The translations under genes were made by a program, and so were the position numbers. Positions 7,864 through 16,312 of a DNA stretch of 48,983 nucleotides are shown piece after piece. The stretch lies in IMG/VR virus record IMGVR_UViG_3300032144_000016, positions 1 to 48,983 of that record, one strand, 5' to 3'. The notes below the pieces were generated by a model. The model did not search any database. It had not been told where the DNA came from and worked only from the letters and a program-made list of their open reading frames with translations. This DNA is from a virus. Each line of letters begins with the position of its first letter. Within the stretch, counting starts at the first letter, position 1.

Positions 7864-8531
7864 CAGAATTGCAATCGAACGGAGTGTCGCTCGACGAGCG
7901 CATCGCCCAACTGTTGCCCTTGTATGGGGAGCAGAAGGCAGAGCAGAAGGCCCGCGAAGAGTTCGCGATGAAGCAGGCCAAGAAGGCAGCGCTGGCCCCA
8001 CCGGGGAGCCTGAAGCTGCCGCCGCTGCTCGAGGAGAAGCGTCTTCGGTACGAGATGCCGGATGCCTGCTTCAAGTGGCAGGCCAGCTACGACCGCTGTT
8101 TCGCCTACCAGGTGCCGACCGAGAAGGAAAACTTTCACGGCGGGAGCATCATCGCGCCGGACACGACGCGGGCCTACGAAGAGCGGGTGACGCCCAAGGT
8201 GGTCATCGTTTCGGCGGGGCTCCGCGCGCTCGACAACCTGCGCTCGAACGGCATCGACATCGGGCACACGGTGGTCACGAACCAGATGGTGCCCTACCGC
8301 TTCGAGGTGGGGCTGGGCGTCGACAACAAGATGGCGAGCTTGCTCATCATCCGCGACGGCGACATCTGCGGGTCGCTCGAGCTCATGCAAGCGATAAAGG
8401 ACGGGGAATGCGGCATCGTTCAGCGCATGTGCAAAGACGCCAACGCCAACGAGTTCGTGGAGCACGTGTTCAAAGACCGCGGCGGGCATCTCTGGCAGCC
8501 GGAGACCCCGTGGATTTCGGATGACGGCTGA
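7860..8531 (+). CDS. head-module protein with GroES/Cpn10-like domain (alternative: maturation protease)
   Basis: The central region 'DRCFAYQVPTEKENFHGGSIIAPD...PKVVIVSAG...IDIGHTVV...LLIIRDGDICG' follows the GroES pattern (DRV..., GGI..., G.V.AVG.G, V.VGD.V, L...DIL). It occupies the slot between portal and scaffold. Confidence 0.45.
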   Translation: MTELQSNGVSLDERIAQLLPLYGEQKAEQKAREEFAMKQAKKAALAPPGSLKLPPLLEEKRLRYEMPDACFKWQASYDRCFAYQVPTEKENFHGGSIIAPDTTRAYEERVTPKVVIVSAGLRALDNLRSNGIDIGHTVVTNQMVPYRFEVGLGVDNKMASLLIIRDGDICGSLELMQAIKDGECGIVQRMCKDANANEFVEHVFKDRGGHLWQPETPWISDDG

Positions 8532-8542
8532 AGGAGTGTGAC

Positions 8543-9493
8543 ATGGGTATCGATTTCGAAGACGAACAGTTCGAAGGTTTCGTCCCTGACGAGGGGACTT
8601 TCAAGGTGGAGGTTGACGCGGACCTGGAGAGCGATGGCCCTCCGGACGACGACGGGCCTCCGCCTGACCCGCAGGCGCCGCGCCTTACGCGCGACCAAAA
8701 GAAGGGCGCTCGTTACGATGAGCTCGTGGCGGCGAAGGAGAAGGCCGAGCGCGAGGCAGAGCTATTGCGTCAGGAGAACCTGCGCTATCAGAGCCACTGG
8801 CAGACGCAGCAGCAGTTCGCGCCTCCGCAACAGTCGCAGCCTCAGGCGGACCCCGAGGAGACACGAATCACCGACGAGCTCTCGCAGCTCGATAAGCGTC
8901 GCGAGGAAGTGCAGCGCCTGTACCAGGCGGAGCACTCAACAGGAAAGATGACGCCTGAGCGTCATGCTGAGCTGAACCGGCGGTACGAAGAGCTCGGCGA
9001 GAAAAAGGCAGAGCTCCGAATCGACCTGCGTGACCTGAAGCGGCGTCCCAGCCAGCAGCAAATTGCGCAAATGCAAGAGGTCGAGTATGTGCGAGCCAAC
9101 TGGCCCGACATCGCTGCGGACCGGGACATGTACAACTACGCTTCGTCGCTGGTGTTCCAAGAGCGGACGCTGCGCCAGAAGAAGGGGGACGCGCGCCCGT
9201 TCACGAAGGAAGACTTCGACCGCATCGCCGAGCGCGCCCGCGTCGATCTGGGCGTGAAGCCGCCTCCTGTGTCGGACGCAACGCGGCTTCGCTTCTCCGG
9301 GCACAGCGTTGGCAGCAATGGCGGCGGGGAGCCAACGAGCGACTTCCCTCAGACGCTCACGAAGGACGAGATGCGCATGGCGGTACGGACGTACCCCGAG
9401 CTCTCGAAGAAACAGGCTGCGGCGAAGTTCTACCGCGAGGTGAAGCTGCCAGGCCTAAAAGAGGACGCGGCCGCGCGCCGCGCTTCTGGCTAA
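8543..9493 (+). CDS. scaffolding protein candidate
   Basis: AGGAG RBS. The protein is 316 aa, acidic at the N-terminus, long, charged and coiled-coil-like (Q/E/R/K rich), with a basic helical C-terminus. It lies upstream of the capsid genes and is followed by a terminator. Confidence 0.5.
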   Translation: MGIDFEDEQFEGFVPDEGTFKVEVDADLESDGPPDDDGPPPDPQAPRLTRDQKKGARYDELVAAKEKAEREAELLRQENLRYQSHWQTQQQFAPPQQSQPQADPEETRITDELSQLDKRREEVQRLYQAEHSTGKMTPERHAELNRRYEELGEKKAELRIDLRDLKRRPSQQQIAQMQEVEYVRANWPDIAADRDMYNYASSLVFQERTLRQKKGDARPFTKEDFDRIAERARVDLGVKPPPVSDATRLRFSGHSVGSNGGGEPTSDFPQTLTKDEMRMAVRTYPELSKKQAAAKFYREVKLPGLKEDAAARRASG

Positions 9494-9535
9494 GAGTCGC
9501 CCGCAGGGAAGTCACACTCCCTCTGCGGCGTAGAA

Positions 9536-9585
9536 CCCCCGGGCTGAGGCGCTCCCCCTCTCTTTGGCCCGGGGGTTCGTTTTTC
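9536..9585 (+). terminator. rho-independent terminator candidate
   Basis: Stem CCCCCGGGC (9536..9544) pairs with GCCCGGGGG (9567..9575), followed by TTCGTTTTT. Confidence 0.6.
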
Positions 9586-9614
9586 TTGACTTGGGGGCGG
9601 GCGCCCCGTAGCAT
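9586..9614 (+). promoter_or_regulatory. sigma70-like promoter candidate (TTGACT-N17-TAGCAT)
   Basis: -35 TTGACT at 9586..9591, a 17-nt spacer, and -10 TAGCAT at 9609..9614. It lies in the only sizeable late-region intergenic gap, upstream of the capsid gene block. Confidence 0.45.
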
Positions 9615-9677
9615 TCACGCATCGGTGGTTCGCTGCCCCAGCGCTCTCGCCTGTACCTCGGGGAAGGAACAGGACGC

Positions 9678-10202
9678 ATGGCGGCACGCAAGCAGGTACG
9701 GAACGGCACCAAGAGGCAGGTCGAAGCCCGCAGGGGGACGCGACCAGACCCAATCACCACCATGGTGAACCAGTTCAACTGGGGGCAAATCAGCGGCAAC
9801 GTCGACCGCGAGCGTTTCGACTACCAGTTCTGGCCCCCGCACATGTTGGGCCATGCCGAGATGTACGGCTACCGACCTGTGATGGCAGAAGCCCCCGGTT
9901 CGGCTGGCGCCATCAAGGTCGCGGGCGGGCAGACTTGCAAGCCCGGTGAGCCGCTCCGTGGGATGCGCGACCAGGTGCTTTGCATCCGCGAGAAGTCCTA
10001 TGGGGACCAGTTTCGCGACTACCGCCGCGCCTACGTGTCGGCGATGGACGAGCGTCTCGGGCACGACCCGGTGAAGGCTCGCGAAGGGCACGCTGCTTTG
10101 GTGGGGCGCGATGCCCCCGAAGACGAACACATCGATGTTGGGGTGACGAGCCACCAAAAGCTCCACCTCGGGGAAGACCCGTATCCCGCCTATCAGGAGT
10201 AG
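9678..10202 (+). CDS. hypothetical head-module protein (174 aa)
   Basis: RBS GGAAGGA upstream of the ATG; high GC3. The start could alternatively be the internal Met at ~9759. Confidence 0.55.
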   Translation: MAARKQVRNGTKRQVEARRGTRPDPITTMVNQFNWGQISGNVDRERFDYQFWPPHMLGHAEMYGYRPVMAEAPGSAGAIKVAGGQTCKPGEPLRGMRDQVLCIREKSYGDQFRDYRRAYVSAMDERLGHDPVKAREGHAALVGRDAPEDEHIDVGVTSHQKLHLGEDPYPAYQE

Positions 10203-10205
10203 GAC

Positions 10206-10874
10206 ATGGCAGACAATATCAACCTGAGTGGATTCAGCTGGGTGCGAGGCAAGAACAACTCGTCATGCCACCCGCCCATCTTGAACGTTCCCATCGCTAC
10301 CGGCTACGCCCCAGCGGTGGACCCTGCGGCGGGCAACCACGCAGTTGGCGGCCTGTACCGCGGCGACCCCATCACGCGACTCTCCACGGGCTACGGCGCG
10401 CTCTGCCCTGGCACCGAGGACACCACGGCGCAGCTCCGCGTCTTCGGCATCATGCAGGCCGTAGGCGAGGACGGGTACTGGAACGGAGAAGAGATGTTCT
10501 TCGGCAGCTACCTGCCAAGTGGTATCGCCTACGGGACGAACGAGAGCCGGCGCACCTACATCAAGGTCATCCCGGCGGTGGGCCAAGTCTTCGACGTGGC
10601 GGTCGTGAGCGACAGCATCTCGGCGAAGAGCGACGTCATCACGCTGCTCGGAAACAACGCCGACCACCGACTCACGCTGTTCGACACGAGCGCGGCAGGC
10701 CCCAAGGCGCTCCCCAAACTCTCTCTGGCTTCGCCCGCGACCACTACGGCGCAGTGGCGCATCTGGGACTTCAGCAAAGCGGTCGAGCTGTTCGACTACT
10801 CGGGCGCGTACCCGCGACTCGAAGTGACGGTCAACGAGAGTCTCGAGCCCGAAACCGACGACGATGGTGTGTAA
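10206..10874 (+). CDS. capsid decoration/cement protein candidate (222 aa)
   Basis: AGGAG RBS; a beta-rich protein directly upstream of the major capsid gene. The call is an analogy with phages that place a cement protein there. Confidence 0.35.
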   Translation: MADNINLSGFSWVRGKNNSSCHPPILNVPIATGYAPAVDPAAGNHAVGGLYRGDPITRLSTGYGALCPGTEDTTAQLRVFGIMQAVGEDGYWNGEEMFFGSYLPSGIAYGTNESRRTYIKVIPAVGQVFDVAVVSDSISAKSDVITLLGNNADHRLTLFDTSAAGPKALPKLSLASPATTTAQWRIWDFSKAVELFDYSGAYPRLEVTVNESLEPETDDDGV

Positions 10875-10883
10875 GGAGCAGCC

Positions 10884-11792
10884 ATGAACTACTTGCAATC
10901 ACTGGCCAAGACGCTCAAGCAAACCCTGAACTCGATTCAGGTCGACAAGAGCATGGCGTCCAACCTGTACCTGAACCGGTACTGCACCGTCAAAGGCATG
11001 GAGGATGCCTGGGAAGACGACCTCGACATCGCCGGCCCCGGGCTCGCTTCGCTGAAGCCGGAAGGGCAGGAGATTACTCCAGGCACCATCATGGAAGGCG
11101 TGAAGTGGCGCTACATTGCGCGCACGTACGCCATCAAGTGCCAGGCCTCCCGCGAGTTGCTTGCAGACGGCAAGTACGAGAAGGCCATCGACATGCAGCG
11201 GTTCAACCGCGAGGCCATCATGCTGACCTGCGAGTACCTCGCGGCCACCATGCTCATCAACCGGGACGACTCGAGCTATCTGGGTGGCGACGGCGTCACC
11301 CTGGGCTCGGCGTCTCACCCGGTCACCCGCGGCGGCACCTACTCGAACATCCTGTCGACGCCCGCTGGCCCGAGCACGGGCGCGCTCGAGCAGGTCATGC
11401 AGAACCTGATGGTGTTACCGGGCCGTGACGGCCTGATTCGTCCGGTGATGCCCAAGGCGGTCGTTCATCCGGCGTCGCAGATGGGCGCATGGCGCACGGT
11501 GCTCGAGAGCGAGAAGGACCCGGCAGCGGGCAACTTCTCAGCCATCAACACCGCCCGCGGCAACGACTTTACCTACCGCAACGTGACCGTGCCGTTCTGG
11601 CAGGGCGCGGACAACGACTGGGCGGTCCTCACCGACATGGGCGACGGGCTCATCTGGCGCTGGCGCGAGAAGCCCGCTTCGAACAGCTGGGTCGACTGGA
11701 ACGTGCTCGTGACCAACTTCATCTACCACATGCGCGTGGCATACGGCTGGAGCGACCCTCGCGGCATCTACTTCGGCGGCTCCGGCTCCTAA
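10884..11792 (+). CDS. major capsid protein (HK97-fold type)
   Basis: AGGAG RBS, 302 aa, position after the scaffold and decoration genes, and a sequence character typical of HK97-like coat proteins. Needs HHpred confirmation. Confidence 0.65.
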   Translation: MNYLQSLAKTLKQTLNSIQVDKSMASNLYLNRYCTVKGMEDAWEDDLDIAGPGLASLKPEGQEITPGTIMEGVKWRYIARTYAIKCQASRELLADGKYEKAIDMQRFNREAIMLTCEYLAATMLINRDDSSYLGGDGVTLGSASHPVTRGGTYSNILSTPAGPSTGALEQVMQNLMVLPGRDGLIRPVMPKAVVHPASQMGAWRTVLESEKDPAAGNFSAINTARGNDFTYRNVTVPFWQGADNDWAVLTDMGDGLIWRWREKPASNSWVDWNVLVTNFIYHMRVAYGWSDPRGIYFGGSGS

Positions 11793-11801
11793 GGAGAGAC
11801 C

Positions 11802-12752
11802 ATGACCGAAAGATTCTCACAGCAAGGGCTGGTCCCGTTCTACGGGAACGCCCCACTGCGGACCGAGTTCGGAACGCTGCTCCCTCCTTTCGGCAGAGTG
11901 GTCGGCTACGTCCATGCGAGCGGCGCGTCCTACGTCAACGACAAGTCGCTTGCTCAGGTGGGCGTCTACACGACGGTCAACGCCGCGCTCTCGAAGTGCG
12001 GCTCGGGTCGTGGCGACACGGTCGTGGTCCTTCCGGGGCACACGGAGACGATCGCCGGCGCTGACGGCTGGTCAAGCCTGGTAGCGGGCACGCGCATCGT
12101 CGGCTTCGGCCATGGTGCGCTCCGGCCTACCATCAGCTTCTCCGGGACTGCCTCGCAGCTGCTCTTCGACGTGGCCAGCGTGCTGGTCATGGGGATGCAG
12201 TTCAACGTGGACGGGGCGAACGGCGTCGTGAAGGCGCTGAGCGTCACCGGCGCGGACTTCACCTTTGCCGGCAACCGCGTGCGGCTCGCCAGCGACGCTG
12301 CGCTCAAGGCCACCATCGGCATGGAGCTCACGGCAGCGCGCGCGCTAGTTCAGGGGAACTACTTCTTCGGAACGGCGACCCACAACGTCACGGACGGCAT
12401 CCTGATTGCCTCTGCGGTGGACGGTATCCAAATCGTGGACAACGTCATGCAGGCGGCGGCGACGGCGGCGAACGGGCTTATCCGGACCACGGCGGTGGCG
12501 GCGACCAACCTGCTCATCGCTCGGAACCGCATCGCGAACGAGCACACCTCGAGCACGGCGGGCATCGCCATCGGCAACGCGGCGAGCACCGGCATCATCG
12601 CCGACAACTACGTCGGCGTCCGGAACGACGGCACTTCGACGTCGCAAGGCGTCACGCTGGGGGCGAACTCGCTCATCAGCTGCTTCAACAACTACGTTTG
12701 CGACGAGCCGAAGGAAAGCGGCTTGCTCACCCCAGACGTCGCCGACACCTGA
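11802..12752 (+). CDS. right-handed beta-helix protein 1 (316 aa)
   Basis: AAGGAGAG RBS. 'TVNAALSKCGSGRGDTVVVLPGHTETI' is followed by repetitive G/N/A/I/V-rich turns typical of pectate-lyase-like beta-helices. Confidence 0.6.
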   Translation: MTERFSQQGLVPFYGNAPLRTEFGTLLPPFGRVVGYVHASGASYVNDKSLAQVGVYTTVNAALSKCGSGRGDTVVVLPGHTETIAGADGWSSLVAGTRIVGFGHGALRPTISFSGTASQLLFDVASVLVMGMQFNVDGANGVVKALSVTGADFTFAGNRVRLASDAALKATIGMELTAARALVQGNYFFGTATHNVTDGILIASAVDGIQIVDNVMQAAATAANGLIRTTAVAATNLLIARNRIANEHTSSTAGIAIGNAASTGIIADNYVGVRNDGTSTSQGVTLGANSLISCFNNYVCDEPKESGLLTPDVADT

Positions 12753-12797
12753 GAGAGGTTCGGGCCCCGGTGCCCATGGGGTCCACAGAAAGACCCT

Positions 12798-13115
12798 ATG
12801 CGCACCATCTCGAACAACACCTCAGGAGCAGCGCTCCACGATTACCCCGCCGAGTGCGACGTGTGCGGTTCGGTGTGGCTGCGTAGCGCCATGCGCATTA
12901 GCGAAGGCGGGACGCTGGAGTGTCCACAGCACAAGGGCGCCGACGAGACCGAGCTCTCGCGTCTGAACGCCGAGATGGCGGAGCCCTACAGTCTGCGGCT
13001 CGACAGGGACATCGGCATCATGCGCCCCTACGATGGCCCCGCCGGCACCTACATCGATGACCTCTGGGAAGAGACCTTCGGCCAGCCGCTGCGCGACCCG
13101 CTGGAGGAGCTGTGA
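12798..13115 (+). CDS. hypothetical protein (105 aa)
   Basis: ATG start; the stop is coupled (GTGA) to 13112. Confidence 0.5.
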   Translation: MRTISNNTSGAALHDYPAECDVCGSVWLRSAMRISEGGTLECPQHKGADETELSRLNAEMAEPYSLRLDRDIGIMRPYDGPAGTYIDDLWEETFGQPLRDPLEEL

Positions 13116-13837
13116 CCGTCAACGCCGCGAACACCCACGAGTTCAGCATCAACCGGCTGGTCCACATGGCCTATCGCCGGTGTGTGCTCATCGCCCCAGG
13201 GCAGGAGCTCTCGACGGTGCAGCTCACGGAGGGCACGGACGCGCTCGAGCTCACCATGCGCGACCTGGACGCCCGCGGCGTGGCGCTCCGGAGCGTTCGC
13301 TACGACACCATCCAGTTCACGGCCGATGACGAGTACCTGACGCTCGAAGAGGACGTCTTCGACGTAGGGCACACGGCCATGTGCCTGCCGGCGTCGACCA
13401 CTGACACGACTCGCGCGAGCGACGAGAGTCCCGTGGAGCGTGTCTACCGCGACGACATGCACGAGATTTCGGACAAGTCGGCCACGGGCAACGTGCCGAC
13501 CATGTTCTGGCTCGACAAGTCCGAGACGCCCTACCGTATCAAGGTGTGGCCCATCCCGAACGAGGCGGGCTACCTGCGGCTCGAGGTGACCCGGCTCGCA
13601 GCGAACTCTACCGACGCTTCCAAGACCCCCGACCGCGAGCGGCACTTCGCCAATACGCTGGTCTTCGGCATCTCGCACAAGCTCGCGATGTCGAACGGCG
13701 TGTCGCTCGACCGGGTGATGATGTTCCGCCAGGGCTTCGAAGACGGCGTCGCGCAGTGCCTCGGGCGCGAGAAGGAAGTCGTCGACCGGCAGTTCAAGAT
13801 GGGGCATCGCTCTGGCTACATGACGAGGTACCGATGA
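13112..13837 (+). CDS. head-to-tail adaptor candidate (P22 gp4-like position)
   Basis: The N-terminus 'INRLVHMAYRRCVLIAPGQELS..' resembles the adaptor-family opening helix pattern. The gene is coupled on both sides and sits upstream of the tailspike and hub genes. Confidence 0.4.
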   Translation: MTVNAANTHEFSINRLVHMAYRRCVLIAPGQELSTVQLTEGTDALELTMRDLDARGVALRSVRYDTIQFTADDEYLTLEEDVFDVGHTAMCLPASTTDTTRASDESPVERVYRDDMHEISDKSATGNVPTMFWLDKSETPYRIKVWPIPNEAGYLRLEVTRLAANSTDASKTPDRERHFANTLVFGISHKLAMSNGVSLDRVMMFRQGFEDGVAQCLGREKEVVDRQFKMGHRSGYMTRYR

Positions 13838-14640
13838 GCAGAAACCTTCCGAACGGCATCGCTGAGACGTTGGGCGACACGCTTGTGACGAGCTCGCCGC
13901 TCTTCATCACTGGTGACCTCCACTATGTGGATTCTAGCAATGCTGCTGCGGACGACAGCGCTGGCTACGGGGAGTCGAAGTCGCGCCCATTCGCTACGCT
14001 GGCCTATGCGGTATCGGTGGCGTCCGGCGGCGACATCGTTGTGTTGCTGGAAGGGCACAGTGAACAGTTCGCCACGGAGCTCGACATCACCCAGGCGCTT
14101 ACCATCGTGGCGGCCGGCGAGACCGATGGCGTGCCAACTGTGACGCTCAACAATCTGGCAGCGTCTGGGTACATGTTACGTTTATCGGCCAGCGGGTGTG
14201 AGCTGCGGAACATTCGCTTCGTGCAGCACCCTAGCGCATCGGGCATCCCGCACGTGAACATCGCAGCCAGCGGATGTCGCATCATTGGTTGCCGATTTGA
14301 GGCTGGCGAGGACAACAGCGCGTACTGTGTGACGGTCAACGACTCGCTCGTCACCTGCATCAAGGATTGTACTTTCATTTCGGTCAGCGACGACCCGGCG
14401 AATCAGCCTACTGGCGGGTTGTTGGGGCCTGGCCTCGGCACGCTGTTTCTCGACAACTGCGTGTTTGATGATGGCGATGTTGGCTACAGCTCGTTCGCGT
14501 TCCGTTGGACGACTGCCCCACGCATCCACGCAAGCGGCTGCTCGTTCTTGAACGGCGCAGTGGCGAGCGGCGGCGAGGCGGGGGATGTCTTCTTCGTAGG
14601 CGGAACTATGACCGGTGGAGTTCAGCTCATCGAGGAGTAG
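13834..14640 (+). CDS. right-handed beta-helix protein 2 (268 aa)
   Basis: 'YVDSSNAAADDSAGYGESKSRPFATLAYAVSVASGGDIVVLLEGHSE' is a typical beta-helix N-cap motif, followed by Cys/Asn ladder-like repeats. Confidence 0.6.
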   Translation: MSRNLPNGIAETLGDTLVTSSPLFITGDLHYVDSSNAAADDSAGYGESKSRPFATLAYAVSVASGGDIVVLLEGHSEQFATELDITQALTIVAAGETDGVPTVTLNNLAASGYMLRLSASGCELRNIRFVQHPSASGIPHVNIAASGCRIIGCRFEAGEDNSAYCVTVNDSLVTCIKDCTFISVSDDPANQPTGGLLGPGLGTLFLDNCVFDDGDVGYSSFAFRWTTAPRIHASGCSFLNGAVASGGEAGDVFFVGGTMTGGVQLIEE

Positions 14641-14641
14641 C

Positions 14642-16312
14642 ATGCAGCTCGTTCACGCTTTGGCAGCAGGGATTGTGGGTGCCGAGAACGGCACAGCAGA
14701 GGTGTACAACCGCCTTGGGTCGCAGCGTATCGCCTGCTACTTGGGAGACGGCGGGTTCGAGGCGCTGAACCAGCAGGCCGCTGGCACGGACATCGACCTC
14801 GATGAGTACGGCTCGGCTGTCATCTACGTGACGCAGCTGGCGCTCATCATCGTGAAGGATGCTGGCGGCACCACGGTGCGCACCTTCACGGCTGGCAATT
14901 ACGATGCCGCAGTGGAGGTCATCAGCCCGAGCTTTACCGGCACGGACTACTCGACGGGCGCCTCGGGGGCGAGCAAGCCAACAACGCTCGAGAACGTGCT
15001 TGACCTGGTCTTCGCCAGCTTCGGCACGACCGACTTCAACGTGCTCCTGAGCGGCTCTGCGACGACGGTCGAAAATGCGCTCGGCACCATCAGCGGCTAC
15101 TTCGAGAACGTCAAGGCCGAGGCCTACGGTGCTGTGGGCGACGGAACGACGGACGACTCGGCAGCTATCGCCGCGGCGTTTACGGCGGCGGCTACGAGCG
15201 GACGCATCGTGTTCTTCCCTCCTGGCACCTACCGGGTGACAAGCACGCGCTCTTGGGCAAACGGCATCAGCATGCTCGGTTGTGGCCCCGACAAGAGCAT
15301 CATCCTCATCGACCACGCTTCGGCGGCGCTATTCAGCTCTGCCGCGGTGACTTCGGTGCAATCGGCGACCGGTATCGCTTTCGGTGCGGCTCAGACGCAT
15401 TCGGGCTCTCTCATCACAGCAGTCAGCAACGGGCGCTACATCTTCAGCAACTGCAAGTTCGGCAACGACTTCACTGTGAGCGATTCGACCTACGCCTATT
15501 TGAAGGTGGAGGACGACTCAGTATCCCCGGTGTTCGAGTTGACGAACTGCGAAGTCTACCTCCCGACAGGGTTTGCGGGTCAGGTCGTTTCTGATGGGGC
15601 GTTCACCGCGACGCCGCGCTGCATCTTGACGGGGTGCAAGGTGTTAGCTGCAGGCGCGGTGGGCGATTCGTTCATCTGGTTCCAGGCTGACGTGGTGCAG
15701 GCCACCGGGTGCTACTTCGACGTCACGGCGCCGGCGGCGAGCGCGCAAACAATCTCGATTCTGGGCGGCTCAACGAGCGGTCGGGTCGTCGCCATCGGGA
15801 ACTACGTGACCGGCGCAAGCGAGGACGTGGCGCTCATCAGCGGGAACGGCGGGGTCGTCATTGTCGAGCACGGCAACTACTGTCCAGCCTCGGTGAACCT
15901 CGTGAAGACCTTCACCGGTGGCGGGCTCTCGTCGCTGGGGTCGCGTCTAGGGAGGGTCTACACGGTCAGCCATGGCTCGGTGAGCGACCTCGACTTGAGC
16001 CAGGTGATTCTGGACTACGAGTTCGTAGTTGTGACCGTCACTAGCAACGCGAGCTTTTCGATTGGGACTGGCGGCGCGACTGGGAAAGCTGGGCTTGCCT
16101 TCACGCTCATCATCATCAACAACGCCGGCGGAGCGTCGGGCACTTTCACTTACGCAGTGGCGAGTTTCGCCGGCACTACGAGCGTCACGGGCACGGCACC
16201 GCCGACCAGTATCGCTGCGGTTGGCACGTACCTCAGCACGCGCTACCTAGCGATGAACGGCCCCGATGGGGAGCGCTTCTACCCCGTGGGCGGGAGCTAC
16301 GCAGGTACGTGA
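14642..16312 (+). CDS. tailspike / depolymerase (pectate-lyase-superfamily beta-helix)
   Basis: 'NVKAEAYGAVGDGTTDDSAAIAAAF...GRIVFFPPGTYRV' matches the recalled Pectate_lyase_3 signature. 556 aa. Confidence 0.75.
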   Translation: MQLVHALAAGIVGAENGTAEVYNRLGSQRIACYLGDGGFEALNQQAAGTDIDLDEYGSAVIYVTQLALIIVKDAGGTTVRTFTAGNYDAAVEVISPSFTGTDYSTGASGASKPTTLENVLDLVFASFGTTDFNVLLSGSATTVENALGTISGYFENVKAEAYGAVGDGTTDDSAAIAAAFTAAATSGRIVFFPPGTYRVTSTRSWANGISMLGCGPDKSIILIDHASAALFSSAAVTSVQSATGIAFGAAQTHSGSLITAVSNGRYIFSNCKFGNDFTVSDSTYAYLKVEDDSVSPVFELTNCEVYLPTGFAGQVVSDGAFTATPRCILTGCKVLAAGAVGDSFIWFQADVVQATGCYFDVTAPAASAQTISILGGSTSGRVVAIGNYVTGASEDVALISGNGGVVIVEHGNYCPASVNLVKTFTGGGLSSLGSRLGRVYTVSHGSVSDLDLSQVILDYEFVVVTVTSNASFSIGTGGATGKAGLAFTLIIINNAGGASGTFTYAVASFAGTTSVTGTAPPTSIAAVGTYLSTRYLAMNGPDGERFYPVGGSYAGT

